Assembly: GCA_964519015.1 (NCBI GenBank)
Contig: CAZFHZ010000003.1
Location: 13,371 to 77,370 of the forward strand
Direction: 5' to 3'
DNA length: 64,000 nucleotides
Source of the DNA: an uncultured Gemmatimonadota bacterium
Lineage (GTDB): Bacteria; Blakebacterota; Blakebacteria; Blakebacterales; CAYUVJ01
The notes beneath the pieces are model-generated. The model was given only the letters and a program-made list of their open reading frames with translations. It did not search any database and was not told where the DNA came from. This document shows, piece by piece, positions 49,301 through 58,852 of the stretch. The number at the start of each line of letters is the position of its first letter. Position 1 is the first letter of the stretch. The translations under genes and the position numbers were made by a program.

Positions 49301-49973
49301 CGATCGAGAGCCGGTCGCGGGTCTTCTGGAACCGCCGGGCCCGGCTCACCTGACGCTGCAGGCTGCGGACGTTCTTCTCCACCTCGGCGATCACATCCCC
49401 CAGGCGGAGCAGGTCCTGCTCGGTGTTCTTCAGCTTCCCCTGAGTCTCGCGGCGACGGCTCTTATACTTCTGGATGCCGGCGGCCTCCTCGAAAAGCAGG
49501 CGCCGTTCTTCCGCCTTGTCGCTGATGATGATGTCGACCATCTCCTGCTGGATCACCGAGTAGGCGTTGTTGGACACCCCGGTGTCCATGAAGAGGTCGT
49601 GGATGTCGCGCAGGCGGCTGGGCTGCCGGTTGATCAGGTACTCCCCCTGCCCGTCCCGGAAGACGCGGCGGGTGATGGTGACCTCGGGGCTGTCGATGGG
49701 CAGGCGCCCCTCGGCGTCCTCGACGGTCAGGGAGACCTCGGCGAAGGAGAGCGGCTTGCGCTCGGCCGACCCGTTGAAGATCACGTCCTCCATCGTCTTG
49801 CCGCGGATTGCGGTGGGCTTCTGCTCCCCCAGCACCCACTTGATCGCGTCGACGACGTTGGTCTTCCCGCACCCGTTCGGGCCCACCACGGCGGTCATGC
49901 CCGGAGCGAAGGGGATCTCCACCTTGTCGGCGAAGGACTTGAATCCGAAGATGCTCAACTTGGAGAGACGCAA
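46392..49973 (-). CDS. smc: Chromosome segregation protein SMC
   Basis: FKSFADKVEIPFAPGMTAVVGPNGCGKTN Walker A, long coiled coils, LSGGE signature, Walker B ILDEVDAPLD. Confidence 0.9.
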   Translation of the reverse strand: MRLSKLSIFGFKSFADKVEIPFAPGMTAVVGPNGCGKTNVVDAIKWVLGEQKPTAIRGKTMEDVIFNGSAERKPLSFAEVSLTVEDAEGRLPIDSPEVTITRRVFRDGQGEYLINRQPSRLRDIHDLFMDTGVSNNAYSVIQQEMVDIIISDKAEERRLLFEEAAGIQKYKSRRRETQGKLKNTEQDLLRLGDVIAEVEKNVRSLQRQVSRARRFQKTRDRLSIAEVHLGLLRDRRIDEEMKPLREEIRLLRDTRQGTGAGLAQKEAAVAEAHRQALDLEKALSALQLEVDQAREAARQVETELIALRERRTAAEESARRGRSEAEEMDRRRQHALSESERLTSEIAQARTDLEEHREREEQVGASLAVVEERLADTQRGLDELTDRHARASHYYQDEAQRAEFLQYKVSERRRRLEGLRLQQVEALTEAEQSERESAAIGQRLREIRERRATLVEEREEVDRLRETCSGELRRLGDQRAELEGSLKAALAEGDVVRGLLERLEGVGEAARRLRTEGGEGIAGLLAETLQVEPDAVTAVEAALGPALEGLLVADQSALERAVARLDGLDRGGRAVMLAAHLATPRTFHPPAWAGPEEGVLRPLAEAVRGEGMEARVARRLLGRVLLVTDLGRALALASRAGVVGWTLVTPAGEMVAPAGVVRAGRAAEHGADEGLLARRRRLQSLEEEQERLRRALREAEEALTSELDRLETLKARTTAVRTDLEGLDELLHEQERAQGNAQSRHVGLKERAEDLRVRITDEETELGEDVTELEKLSPLLTQALEESGQLGGQMEAQTRTVRILTGERDRDRQMQQEVRLGRVRAEHRIEGLERERHRLLESADELDQAAVRRRGEAEESEAAAAGLTRVMEEKEGDLAGRREVRLRLEADLSERESAFYAHRNSLAEMEEELRRERRDREEQQERIHSLELRLHDLNGRREHLAERIREEYDIDLAAVEESQLLAEGEEPPEYEALDEEVRTLKERLDKLGPVNLLALEEYESEKKRFDFLTVQRDDLVAARDDLQQTIRKINKTARNRFTATFEAIRANFRRTYSQFFEGGEADIYLGDEADPLESRIEIVARPKGKILKNMTALSGGERALTAVALLFAIYLVKPSPFCILDEVDAPLDEANIGRFLRVLEQFGETTQFILITHSKRTMESSDTFLGITMEEPGVSKVVGVRFGEEEAAA

Positions 49974-49988
49974 ACGCTGCTCCCGGTC

Positions 49989-51443
49989 CTATCGTTTGAC
50001 GGCGGCCCGCTTCACCGCCCGGGCCACCAGAGCGGGCAGACGGCGCTCCTGGTCGGGCAGAACCGACCGGAGCTCCAGGATGACTTCTTCCTCCGACACG
50101 CGCGCGATCACCGGGGGGGAACCGGCCCGGAGGGCCCGCTCCAGCCGGGCGGCGGTCACGCCACCCCCTTGTGGTGTCAGGACGATGCCCCAGCCCGGCA
50201 GGGTCACCTCCGGGCTGGAGCCCCCGCCCAGAGCCCCCCGGGTGGCGGCGGTCCGCACGCGCACCATCCGGCCCGCGCCCGCTTCCCGCAGGGCCTCCGG
50301 CAGCGCCCGGGCGAGGGCCCGGGCCCGCGCCTTCAATTCCCCCTCCGGCGTCCGGGCCAGCCGGCGCACGGGCACTTGCATGTCCTCTTCCCCGGTCAGG
50401 TAGAGACGCAGGGTCGCTTCCAGGGCGGCGATCTGCAGTTTCTCGAGCCGCACCGCCCGGGCCAGCGGGTTGACCTTCAGACGGGCCACCCACTCCTCTT
50501 CCCCCAGCACGATCCCGGCCTGGGGGCCGCCCAGCAGCTTGTCCCCGCTGCAGGTCACCAGGGTCACCCCCGCCTCCAGCGAGGCGGCCACGGTCGGCTC
50601 GTCGGGCGCTCCCAGCGACCCCGGATCCTCGAGCACCCCGCTCCCCTGGTCGTCGAGCACCGGGACGCCGCGGCGGCGGCCGAGTTCGGCCAGATCGGCC
50701 AGCGGGACCTGGTGCACGAACCCCTGCTGGAGGAAATTGCTCTGGTGGACATGGAGGATGAGCGCGGTGCGCCGTCCGATCGCCCGCTCGTAGTCCTTCA
50801 GGTGGGTCTTGTTGGTGGTCCCCACCTCGACCATGCGGGCCCCGCTGCGGGCCATGATCTCGGGCATGCGGAAGGATCCGCCGATCTCGATCAGGTGGCC
50901 GCGGCTGACGATCACCTCCCGTCCCTCGGCCAGGGTGTTGAGCGCCAGCAGCACCGCGGCGGCGTTGTTGTTGACCGCCAGGGCGGCCTCCGCCCCGGTG
51001 AAGACGGTCAGGAGTTCCTCCAGCCGGGCCAGCCGGCTCCCCCGGGTACCCGCCGTCAGGCCGTATTCCAGGTCGGTGTAGCCGGCGGCGGCCCGGACCA
51101 AGGCCTGCACGGCCTCCCCGGCCAGCGGGGCACGCCCCAGGTTGGTGTGCAGCAGTACCCCGGTAGCGTTGATCACCGGACGGGGATGCGGTTCGAGCAG
51201 GCGCTTGGCGGCGGCCGCCGCCTCCCGGCGGGCCCGGGCCGAGGCCTCCGCGCGGTCGGTCGGGCGCCATCGGCCGGCCTCGATGTCCGCGCGCAGACCG
51301 GCCAGCACCCTTCGGACCAGGTTCGTCCGGGCGGCCCCGCTCAGACGGGCACCCGGGCCGGAGGTAAGCACCGCCAGCACCTCGTCGGTCGGCGGCAGAT
51401 GCCGCAGCAGGGTCCGTGGATCCTTGTTCGAGGGCCTGCTCAT
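49989..51443 (-). CDS. selA: L-seryl-tRNA(Sec) selenium transferase (selenocysteine synthase)
   Basis: VINATGVLLHTNLGRAPL, PLP-lysine block CSGDKLLGGPQAGI. Size about 484 aa. Confidence 0.8.
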   Translation of the reverse strand: MSRPSNKDPRTLLRHLPPTDEVLAVLTSGPGARLSGAARTNLVRRVLAGLRADIEAGRWRPTDRAEASARARREAAAAAKRLLEPHPRPVINATGVLLHTNLGRAPLAGEAVQALVRAAAGYTDLEYGLTAGTRGSRLARLEELLTVFTGAEAALAVNNNAAAVLLALNTLAEGREVIVSRGHLIEIGGSFRMPEIMARSGARMVEVGTTNKTHLKDYERAIGRRTALILHVHQSNFLQQGFVHQVPLADLAELGRRRGVPVLDDQGSGVLEDPGSLGAPDEPTVAASLEAGVTLVTCSGDKLLGGPQAGIVLGEEEWVARLKVNPLARAVRLEKLQIAALEATLRLYLTGEEDMQVPVRRLARTPEGELKARARALARALPEALREAGAGRMVRVRTAATRGALGGGSSPEVTLPGWGIVLTPQGGGVTAARLERALRAGSPPVIARVSEEEVILELRSVLPDQERRLPALVARAVKRAAVKR

Positions 51444-51537
51444 ACCCGGAAGGTAACCGTGCGAACCGACAGGAATACGGGGAAATTCAGGGTTGCCTCC
51501 CGCTCCTCCATCCTGCAAACTCTATAGTCCCTGACGG

Positions 51538-51613
51538 GCGAGAGTAGCTCAGCTGGTAGAGCTTCACGTTGCCAACGTGAGGGTCGCGGGTTCGAGTCCC
51601 GTCTCTCGCTCCA
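51538..51613 (+). tRNA. tRNA-Gly (anticodon GCC)
   Basis: Acceptor GCGAGAG/CTCTCGC, anticodon loop UUGCCAA, T-loop TTCGAGT. Confidence 0.85.
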
Positions 51614-51620
51614 AAATGAA

Positions 51621-51653
51621 GCCCGGAGGCCAGGTGGCCTCCGGGCTCTTTTC
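51621..51653 (+). terminator. Rho-independent terminator (GCCCGGAGGCC-aggu-GGCCTCCGGGC + UCUUUUC)
   Basis: Perfect 11-bp stem and T-tract directly after the tRNA-Gly. Confidence 0.75.
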
Positions 51654-51737
51654 ATCCCCAACTCCTCCCCGGGGGCCGGCGAGCCGGCTCCCCCCGGTCG
51701 CCGGTTATCCGGTTCCGACCGGTCACTCCTTCGCCGT

Positions 51738-53357
51738 TCAGCGCCCCCGGCCGATGCGCTGCCCGCGCTGGGTCACCTCGGGGTTCTTGTCCAGCTTGAC
51801 CATGGCCGGCATGTTCCCCAGTTCGATCGCGCTGGCATAGACGAACTTGACCACCCGAGTCATCTTGTCGAAGTCGCACAGGGCGATCTCGTCGGCCGGC
51901 GTGTGCAGCTCCTCGGTGATGTCGGAGAAGAAGAAGGTGGCCGGGATGCTGTAACTATGGAAGGCGTAGTGGTCGCTCTGACCGTGGTAGTTCCCCCTCA
52001 TCTCCGGATCGTTGTACTTGTCGTCGATCTTGATGAATCCGAGCCGGTCGGCCACCCGGCGGTGGGCGGCGTCGAGTTCCGACGAGTAGAAATGGGAGCC
52101 GATCAGGCAGATGCTGGCCGGGTCGTTGCGCGAGATCATGTCCATCTGGAGCATGGCGTCGATCTGCTCCAGCGGCACCGGGGAGTGCTCCACGAAGTAG
52201 TACGATCCCCGCAGTCCCTTCTCCTCCCCGGCCCACCAGGCCAGGATGACCGAGCGCTTCGGCCGGTTGATCGTCAGCGCCTGGGCGATCTCGAGCAGGG
52301 CCACCGCGCCCGAGCCGTTGTCGTCCGCCCCGTTGCAGATGCTGTCGGGGTAGGCCCCGCGGCGGATGCCGATGTGGTCGTAGTGGCCGCCGATGACGAT
52401 GTACTCGTTCTTCAGCACCGGGTCGGAACCTTCCACCAGGGCCACCACGTTCTGGGTGTGCTCGGGAGCGGTGACCGACTTCAGGTCAATCTGGGCCTGC
52501 CGGCCGGTCAGCACCCGGCCCGGCACCCGCTCCCCCTGGGCGAGTTGAGCGAACATGGCGTCCAGTTCGGTCTTCGGGATCCCCAGGACCGCCGTGGCCG
52601 TGGCCTGCCGCAGGCTCAGCATGGGCACGCCTCCCCCACCGAAGCCGCCCCCGCCCCCGGGGCGGGCCGCCTGCCCCTCCCGGGCCGGCCAGGTCACGCT
52701 TTCCGGGGTCGGGAAGGAGGCCCCGGCCGCCGCCATACGGGCCTCATCGGCCGGTGAGATGACCGAAAGCACGGCCACCGCTCCCTGCCGGGCCGGGGTC
52801 ATGGCCCGGGCCATTCCGGCCATCCCGCGCCGGCCCTGCTGCCCGCTCCGCAGCGGGTGGTCGGCGGGCAGTTCGCCGTTGAGCAGCACGACCACCTTCC
52901 CCTGCAAGTCGAGCCCCGCGTAGTCGTCCCACCCCTGGTCGGGGGCGCTCAGGCCCAGCCCGACCAGGACCAGCTCCCCGGAGACCGAGGCGGCGGTGGC
53001 CCCGCTGGCCCCGAAGTCGGCCGGATAGCGGAAGGTACGCCCGCCCACCTGCAGGGTCGAAGCCGGGGAGAGGGAGACTTTCTGCAGCGGGATGGTCTGG
53101 AAAAAGGAACCGCCGGGCATCATCGGCTTCAGCCCGTAGCTCTCGATCCGGGTAGCGAAGTAGGCGGCCGAGGCGTTGAGCCCGGGGGAAGGAGTGTCGC
53201 GTCCCATCAGGGCGTCGGAGGCGATGAAGCTCAGGTGGAGCTTGAGTTCACCGGCCGTGATCGAATCGAGGGCCTGCTGCTGAGCGAACAGGGTCGAAGG
53301 GAGCAGGAGCAGCAACGCCAGGGCGGCGAATAATAAGTGCGGGGATCGACGGGACAT
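51738..53357 (-). CDS. Secreted M28-family zinc aminopeptidase with PA domain
   Basis: Signal peptide. HYDHIG...DDNGSG...EEKGLRGS metal-ligand blocks. Confidence 0.7.
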   Translation of the reverse strand: MSRRSPHLLFAALALLLLLPSTLFAQQQALDSITAGELKLHLSFIASDALMGRDTPSPGLNASAAYFATRIESYGLKPMMPGGSFFQTIPLQKVSLSPASTLQVGGRTFRYPADFGASGATAASVSGELVLVGLGLSAPDQGWDDYAGLDLQGKVVVLLNGELPADHPLRSGQQGRRGMAGMARAMTPARQGAVAVLSVISPADEARMAAAGASFPTPESVTWPAREGQAARPGGGGGFGGGGVPMLSLRQATATAVLGIPKTELDAMFAQLAQGERVPGRVLTGRQAQIDLKSVTAPEHTQNVVALVEGSDPVLKNEYIVIGGHYDHIGIRRGAYPDSICNGADDNGSGAVALLEIAQALTINRPKRSVILAWWAGEEKGLRGSYYFVEHSPVPLEQIDAMLQMDMISRNDPASICLIGSHFYSSELDAAHRRVADRLGFIKIDDKYNDPEMRGNYHGQSDHYAFHSYSIPATFFFSDITEELHTPADEIALCDFDKMTRVVKFVYASAIELGNMPAMVKLDKNPEVTQRGQRIGRGR

Positions 53358-53551
53358 CGGAGGCCTCCGGGGGTCGATGTGACGGGTCTGTTCCTCTCCT
53401 TATACGACACCCGGCCCGGGGGGGATATTGCGATATTCAATCCGGAACGTAGCACGGGGGGTCGCGTCGGCTCCGGACCCGGGAAGTGTGAGCGTTCCAG
53501 AAGCCGGGGACATTTCCCCTCATCTGTCGGGCCTGATATGATGAGCCGGCC

Positions 53552-55144
53552 ATGATCGTCCCCCGCACGCCCGAACCCGTTCCCGCCCTGGCCGCTCCCG
53601 ACCCGGCCCTCGAGGTCATGGGCCCGCGCCGGCGCTTCGGCCTGTTCGCCGGTCCCCTCCTCTTCACACTGGTCCTGGCCGTGCCCATCGGAGGCCTCGA
53701 CCGGGCGGCCCAGGGGGTGCTGGCGGTGGGCTGCCTGATGGCCGTCTGGTGGCTGACCGAGGCACTCCCCCTGGCCGCCACCTCGCTGCTGCCCATCCCC
53801 CTCTTCCCCCTGCTGGGGATCAAGAGCACGGCCGCCACCACTCCCGCCTACATGGACCGCAATATCGTCCTCTTCATGGGGGGGTTCTTCATCGCCATGG
53901 CCATGCAGCGCTGGCGGCTCCACCGGCGCATCGCCCTGCGGATCGTCTCGGCCGTCGGCACCGGCGGGCGGCGGCTGGTGCTCGGATTCATGGTAGCCAC
54001 CGCCTTCCTGAGCATGTGGATCTCTAACACGGCAACCGCGATGATGATGCTCCCGATCGCCCTGGCCGTGATCCTGGAGATCGCCCCCGACCTGCACGAG
54101 CCCCACCCGGAAAAGGGACTGCGGAGCGTCAGTGAGGACCCGACCGCGGCCGCCCTGCTGCTGGGCGTCGCCTACGCCGCCAGCATCGGCGGGATCGCCA
54201 CCCTGGTCGGGACGCCCCCCAACATCGTCTTCGCCACCGCCCTGACCACCCTCTACCCCGGCGCCCCCCCGGTGGGCTTCTTCCAGTGGATGATGGTGGG
54301 ACTGCCCCTGTCGGCGCTCTTCCTCTTCCTGGGCTGGCTCTACCTGACCCGCATCGCCTGGAAGGTGCCCCGGGAAGCGGTCAGTCAGGGAAGCGTGGAG
54401 AGTCTGAGGGAGCAGCGGCTCGCCCTGGGGCCGCTCAGCCGGGGGGAACTGGGTGTGGCGGTCATCTTCCTGCTCACCGCCGTGGCCTGGGTCTGGCGGG
54501 CCGACCTGGAGTTCGGGGTGGTGACCATCCCGGGCTGGACGACCCTGCTCCACCTCGAGGGGGTGGACGATGCCACGGTGGCCGTCGCCGCCGCCATCCT
54601 CCTCTTCGCCCTCCCGACCAGTCTGAAGGAAGGACACTTCCTGCTCGACTGGCACTGGGCCCGGCGCATCCCCTGGGGGGTGCTGCTCCTCTTCGGCGGC
54701 GGGATCGCCCTGGCCGGGGGCTTCGCCGAGACCGGCCTGGCCGCCTGGGTGGGCACCCGGCTCCAGGTGCTCGGTCGGGTCCCCATCCTGGTCATGGTGA
54801 TCCTGGTCTGCACCCTGATCACCTTCCTGACCGAGGTCACGAGCAACACCGCGACCGCCACCGTCTTCATGCCGGTGATGGCGGCCACCGCCGTGGCCCT
54901 GGGACAGAATCCCCTCCTGCTGATGATCCCGGCGGCCATCTCGGCCTCCTGCGCCTTCATGCTGCCGGTAGCCACCCCACCCAACGCCATCATCTTCGGC
55001 TCCGGGCGCATCACCCTGCCCGAGATGGCCCGGACGGGTTTCGCCATGAACTGGCTGGGGGTGGTGCTCATCACGATCCTGGTCTACCTGATCGCCATCC
55101 CCGTCTTCGGGATCGTGCTGGGCGCCCTCCCCCCCTGGGTCTAG
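53552..55144 (+). CDS. DASS/SLC13-family anion (sulfate/di-tricarboxylate):sodium symporter
   Basis: Two inverted repeat halves with SNTATA (and SNTATAT) re-entrant loop motifs. About 14 TM. Confidence 0.75.
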   Translation: MIVPRTPEPVPALAAPDPALEVMGPRRRFGLFAGPLLFTLVLAVPIGGLDRAAQGVLAVGCLMAVWWLTEALPLAATSLLPIPLFPLLGIKSTAATTPAYMDRNIVLFMGGFFIAMAMQRWRLHRRIALRIVSAVGTGGRRLVLGFMVATAFLSMWISNTATAMMMLPIALAVILEIAPDLHEPHPEKGLRSVSEDPTAAALLLGVAYAASIGGIATLVGTPPNIVFATALTTLYPGAPPVGFFQWMMVGLPLSALFLFLGWLYLTRIAWKVPREAVSQGSVESLREQRLALGPLSRGELGVAVIFLLTAVAWVWRADLEFGVVTIPGWTTLLHLEGVDDATVAVAAAILLFALPTSLKEGHFLLDWHWARRIPWGVLLLFGGGIALAGGFAETGLAAWVGTRLQVLGRVPILVMVILVCTLITFLTEVTSNTATATVFMPVMAATAVALGQNPLLLMIPAAISASCAFMLPVATPPNAIIFGSGRITLPEMARTGFAMNWLGVVLITILVYLIAIPVFGIVLGALPPWV

Positions 55145-55181
55145 GATCGGGCACCACCACCTGGTATCCGGAGGAGTTTGC

Positions 55182-56462
55182 ATGCCTCGCGAAACACGTA
55201 ACCGCCGTCGCACCGGCCTGCTCGGGGCCGGTCTCATCAGTACCGTTCTCTTCCTCTTCTCCTCTTTCGGACCGGCCCGGCGTGGTCTCACCACCTCCTT
55301 CCCGCCCGGTAGCGCCGCGGTCGAGGAGTGCACGGTCGGGGTCGCGACCGGCCGGGCCACCCGCGACGGCCGCCCCATGATCTGGAAGACGCGCGATGCC
55401 CCCGGCACCGACAACGAGGTGGTCTGGGTGACCTCCGCCCCGATCCATTACCTGGCCGTGGTGGACGCCGGTTCCCCTTCCGCCTGGATGGGGCTCAACG
55501 AGCGGGGATTCGCCATCCTGAACTCCGCCTCCTCCGACCTGCCCGGCGGCCGCGGTACCGGCAACGGCCAGGTGATGAGTCAGGTGCTGGGCACCTGCTC
55601 ATCGGTGGCGGAGTTCGAAGCCTACCTGGAGCGCACCAACACCACCGGCCGCAGCACCCAGGCGAACTACCTGGTCCTGGATGCCGGCGGAGCGGTGGCG
55701 ATCTACGAGACAGCCGGGAACGCCTACTGGAAGTACGACGCCAACGACCCCCAGACCGCCCCCTACGGCTACTTGGTCAAGACCAACTTCGCCTTTCACG
55801 GCGGCGGTCAGGGGGGGATCGAGCGCTACCATCGCACCTCGCGGCTGGTGCCGGGCTACCACGCCGCCGACCGGCTCGAGCCCCGCAGCATCCTGCGGCA
55901 GCAGATGCGCGACTTCGCCCGGCCGACCGGGGAATCCCTGCCGGTGCCGTTCGAGGGGAGCTGGGAACCGGACCGACCGGCCGGCTACATCCACGTGGAC
56001 AAGAGTATCTGCCGGACCAGTTCGGTCTCGGCGGCCGTCATGCAGGGGGTGAAGCCGGGGGAGCCGCCCACCCTCTCCACCTTCTGGGTCATGCTGGGCC
56101 AGCCGGCGGCTTCGATCGCCCTCCCCTACTGGCCGGTGGGGGCCACGCCCCCCGAGGCGGACGGCGCCCGGACTGCCCCGCTCTGCGATGCCTCCAAGCG
56201 GATCCGCGACCTGCTCTTCGACCTCCCGGGAGCCGGCAACCAGCACTTCCTGGACACCCGCAAGTTGCGGGACGGGCACGGTGGCGGGCTGTGGAGCCTC
56301 ACCCTGGCGGCCGAGGACTCGATATGGACGGCCGCGGAGGCGCATCTGAGGGAATGGCGCCGCATCCAGCCGACGGCCTCGACCATCCTCCAGGCGGAGG
56401 GGGCCCTGGCCAGGTATGCCCTGGGAATCCTACAGAACGGGTATTCCACCCTGAAGCGCTGA
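55182..56462 (+). CDS. Secreted Ntn-hydrolase, choloylglycine hydrolase / penicillin-V-acylase (C59) family
   Basis: Signal peptide, then CT nucleophile (EECTVGVATGRATRDGRPMIWKTRD; compare the family CTxx...GRNxD pattern). Confidence 0.5.
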   Translation: MPRETRNRRRTGLLGAGLISTVLFLFSSFGPARRGLTTSFPPGSAAVEECTVGVATGRATRDGRPMIWKTRDAPGTDNEVVWVTSAPIHYLAVVDAGSPSAWMGLNERGFAILNSASSDLPGGRGTGNGQVMSQVLGTCSSVAEFEAYLERTNTTGRSTQANYLVLDAGGAVAIYETAGNAYWKYDANDPQTAPYGYLVKTNFAFHGGGQGGIERYHRTSRLVPGYHAADRLEPRSILRQQMRDFARPTGESLPVPFEGSWEPDRPAGYIHVDKSICRTSSVSAAVMQGVKPGEPPTLSTFWVMLGQPAASIALPYWPVGATPPEADGARTAPLCDASKRIRDLLFDLPGAGNQHFLDTRKLRDGHGGGLWSLTLAAEDSIWTAAEAHLREWRRIQPTASTILQAEGALARYALGILQNGYSTLKR

Positions 56463-56547
56463 GGCCAGCGCCGCAGAAAGCCGGCTCCGCTGACGCAGGC
56501 CAGGATCGGACGATCCTCCGCCGGGAATGCGTCCGCCGTCTGTTGGT

Positions 56548-57437
56548 TCAGCGTCCCCGGTGGGGATTGTCGATCAGGGAACGCACCAGGAGGGGATGGT
56601 CGGTTACCAGGCCCCGGACACCCACCTGCAGCAGCCGGATATACTCCGCCTCGTCGTCCTCGATATCGGCATCCTCGAACCAGGCGATGATCGGATAGCC
56701 CTCGTAATAGTCGAGGTGGGTCGCATCGGTCCAGCCGGTGAAGGGGACCACCGCATCGGTCATCGACCAGTCCACGAACCGGTGGGAGTCGGCGTACCAG
56801 GGAAGCTCGGGGCCGGTGATGAGACCGGTCAGCAGACCGGGATGTTCGTTCTCGACTCGTTTGATCCGGAAGGGATTGAACGAGGTGATGATGGTACGGT
56901 CCTGCATCTCCCTGGCGATGATGAGCTTGGTGACCTCTTCTTCGAGTCCTTCGGTGGTAGCGCCCTCCCCTTTCAGCTCGATGTCCAGGAGGGTTTCCCC
57001 GGGGAGCGCATCGATGACCTGCACGAGGGTCGGGATGGGAGCCGTATCAGTGAAGTCGCCCCGGTAGTCGTAGGTAAGAGCCTGCAGCTCGGTCAGCGTC
57101 ATCTCAGTGACCGTCCCGGTGCCGTCAGTCAACTCGTCCACCTGGTAGTCGTGGAAGACGACCACCTCGCCTGTCCGGCAGCGCTGGACGTCCATCTCCA
57201 CCCCATGGGCGCCGTTTGCTAGCCCCCACTGGAAGGCCGGGATGGTGTTCTCCGGGTAAGGGCTCAATCCCCCCTTGTGGGCGAGGACCAGCGGGGCGAG
57301 ATCCCAGAACGGATGCCCGGTATCCGGCTCGAAGGGCTGTCCGCAGCCGGCGGCCCCGAGCAGCAGGCTGGTCCCCAGTACCAGGGACAGGAGGGCCGCC
57401 CACCACCACCGCCTCTGATACCGGCCGGCAGACTTCA
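56548..57437 (-). CDS. Glycerophosphodiester phosphodiesterase family lipoprotein
   Basis: Signal peptide and lipobox. HKGG...ENT...E.D GDPD motifs (VLAHKGGLSPYPENTIPAF, GVEMDVQ). Confidence 0.7.
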
Positions 57438-58040
57438 TCGTCCGCCTCCGATCCGCCAGCCCATTCCGCAGACCACCACCCACTCGTCCCGGTTCCAGAG
57501 GTCGCGGGCACCGGCGGCCAGGTAGAGTCGCAGCGGCCGGCCGGTGTTCCACTCCACCCCCAGGTAGCCCTCCTGGCGGGTCCGGTCGTCCAGGTCGAAG
57601 GTCAGGCGGTGCAGCAGGAGGGGACTGAAGCGGCCCAGGTCCAGACTCACTACCTGGCTGGTGTGAAGGAAGACTCCGGGATCGAGCAGGTAGGCACCGA
57701 TCCCGATTCCGACACCGAGGTGGAGGGGTGCGGGTAGCGACAATCGACCGAGTCGGACACCGCCCGGCAGGGCCTGGAACCATTCCCCGTCCACTCCCGG
57801 CTCGTCCCGGGCGCCGGCCAGGCCGGCCAGACTCAAGGTCAGGTCGCCGTTCGACGTCATCCCCCGGGTGAGGCTGAGGGCACCCAGGTAGGGTGGCGGA
57901 GCGATGAACGCGCTCTGCGCCCGCAGTGCCCAGACACCCGGACCGGTGGACCGGGCCGAGCGGAGGGTGAGACAACCATCGAGCAGGAAGGCGGGAGCGA
58001 GGAGGATAACCGTCAGGAGGATGCCTCGGGACCATCGCAT
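57435..58040 (-). CDS. Hypothetical lipoprotein / beta-rich envelope protein
   Basis: Signal peptide with Cys. Overlaps the GDPD start. Confidence 0.4.
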   Translation of the reverse strand: MRWSRGILLTVILLAPAFLLDGCLTLRSARSTGPGVWALRAQSAFIAPPPYLGALSLTRGMTSNGDLTLSLAGLAGARDEPGVDGEWFQALPGGVRLGRLSLPAPLHLGVGIGIGAYLLDPGVFLHTSQVVSLDLGRFSPLLLHRLTFDLDDRTRQEGYLGVEWNTGRPLRLYLAAGARDLWNRDEWVVVCGMGWRIGGGR

Positions 58041-58198
58041 GCGGGCGAGGATACCAGACGATCGCCCGAGTCACCATGCAGAAGACCGGGATTAAAAGTA
58101 GATGAATCCCGTGGCCTCCGGCCCGATTTGATTCCGACCGGCCAAGCTCTTAGACTCATTGACTAGTTGAGCCAAACCCATATCCACGGAGGTCGGCG

Positions 58199-58510
58199 AT
58201 GCCTATCTACATCCTCATGACCCGTCTGGGACCGGATGCCATGAAGGACCCGCGGGGACGGCGGGCCGTCGGACGCGAGTGGATCAAGAAAGTGAAGGAA
58301 CTCTCCCCCGGGGTACGCTTCCTGGCCCATTACGCTATCCTCGGCCCCTACGACTTCATGGACATTTACGAAGCGCCGAACGAACGGGTCGCCCACGAGG
58401 TTTCGATGCTGTCCCGCTCGGAGGGAGCCGCCAACGCCGAGAGCTGGCAGGCCCTGCCCTACGAGGACTACCTGCCCCTGGTCGAGGCGGTCGAGAAGGT
58501 CACCGGATAG
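58199..58510 (+). CDS. GYD-domain protein
   Basis: MPIYILMTRL...GVRFLAHYAILGPYDFMDIYEAP pattern. GGAGG RBS. Confidence 0.55.
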   Translation: MPIYILMTRLGPDAMKDPRGRRAVGREWIKKVKELSPGVRFLAHYAILGPYDFMDIYEAPNERVAHEVSMLSRSEGAANAESWQALPYEDYLPLVEAVEKVTG

Positions 58511-58579
58511 ACCGAAAACCGTTGTCGGATGGGCACCGGACGCCCATCTTGGACATCCCGCGCAGCAGTCCGCATACGA

Positions 58580-58655
58580 GGCGGCATAGCCAAGTGGCTA
58601 AGGCGGAGGTCTGCAAAACCTCTATTCCCCGGTTCGAGTCCGGGTGCCGCCTCCA
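58580..58655 (+). tRNA. tRNA-Cys (anticodon GCA)
   Basis: Acceptor GGCGGCA/TGCCGCC, discriminator U, anticodon loop CUGCAAA. Confidence 0.85.
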
Positions 58656-58685
58656 GTCTTGATCTTCTCATCCTGAATAGTCACC

Positions 58686-58720
58686 GGAGGGCCGATTCAG
58701 TAGTACAGCCCTCCTCTTGT
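58686..58720 (+). terminator. Hairpin GGAGGGC-N15-GCCCTCC followed by TCTTGT
   Basis: Seen directly after the tRNA-Cys. Confidence 0.4.
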
Positions 58721-58852
58721 ATCCGTCTTCACCAACACGATACGTCAAGTTGATCAAACACTCCTGCACGTCCAGGTGAACGGTGCCATTGCGGAACCCG
58801 TCATCCTATCGAACAACGGAAACTGACAGCAGACAGGTCTTGATGGTGCCAC

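Noticed and set aside
51538-51613. tRNA next to selA being tRNA-Sec (selC)
   Set aside because: Standard 76-nt cloverleaf with a 7-bp acceptor stem, short variable loop and anticodon GCC, so it is tRNA-Gly. tRNA-Sec would have anticodon UCA, an 8-bp acceptor stem and a long variable arm.
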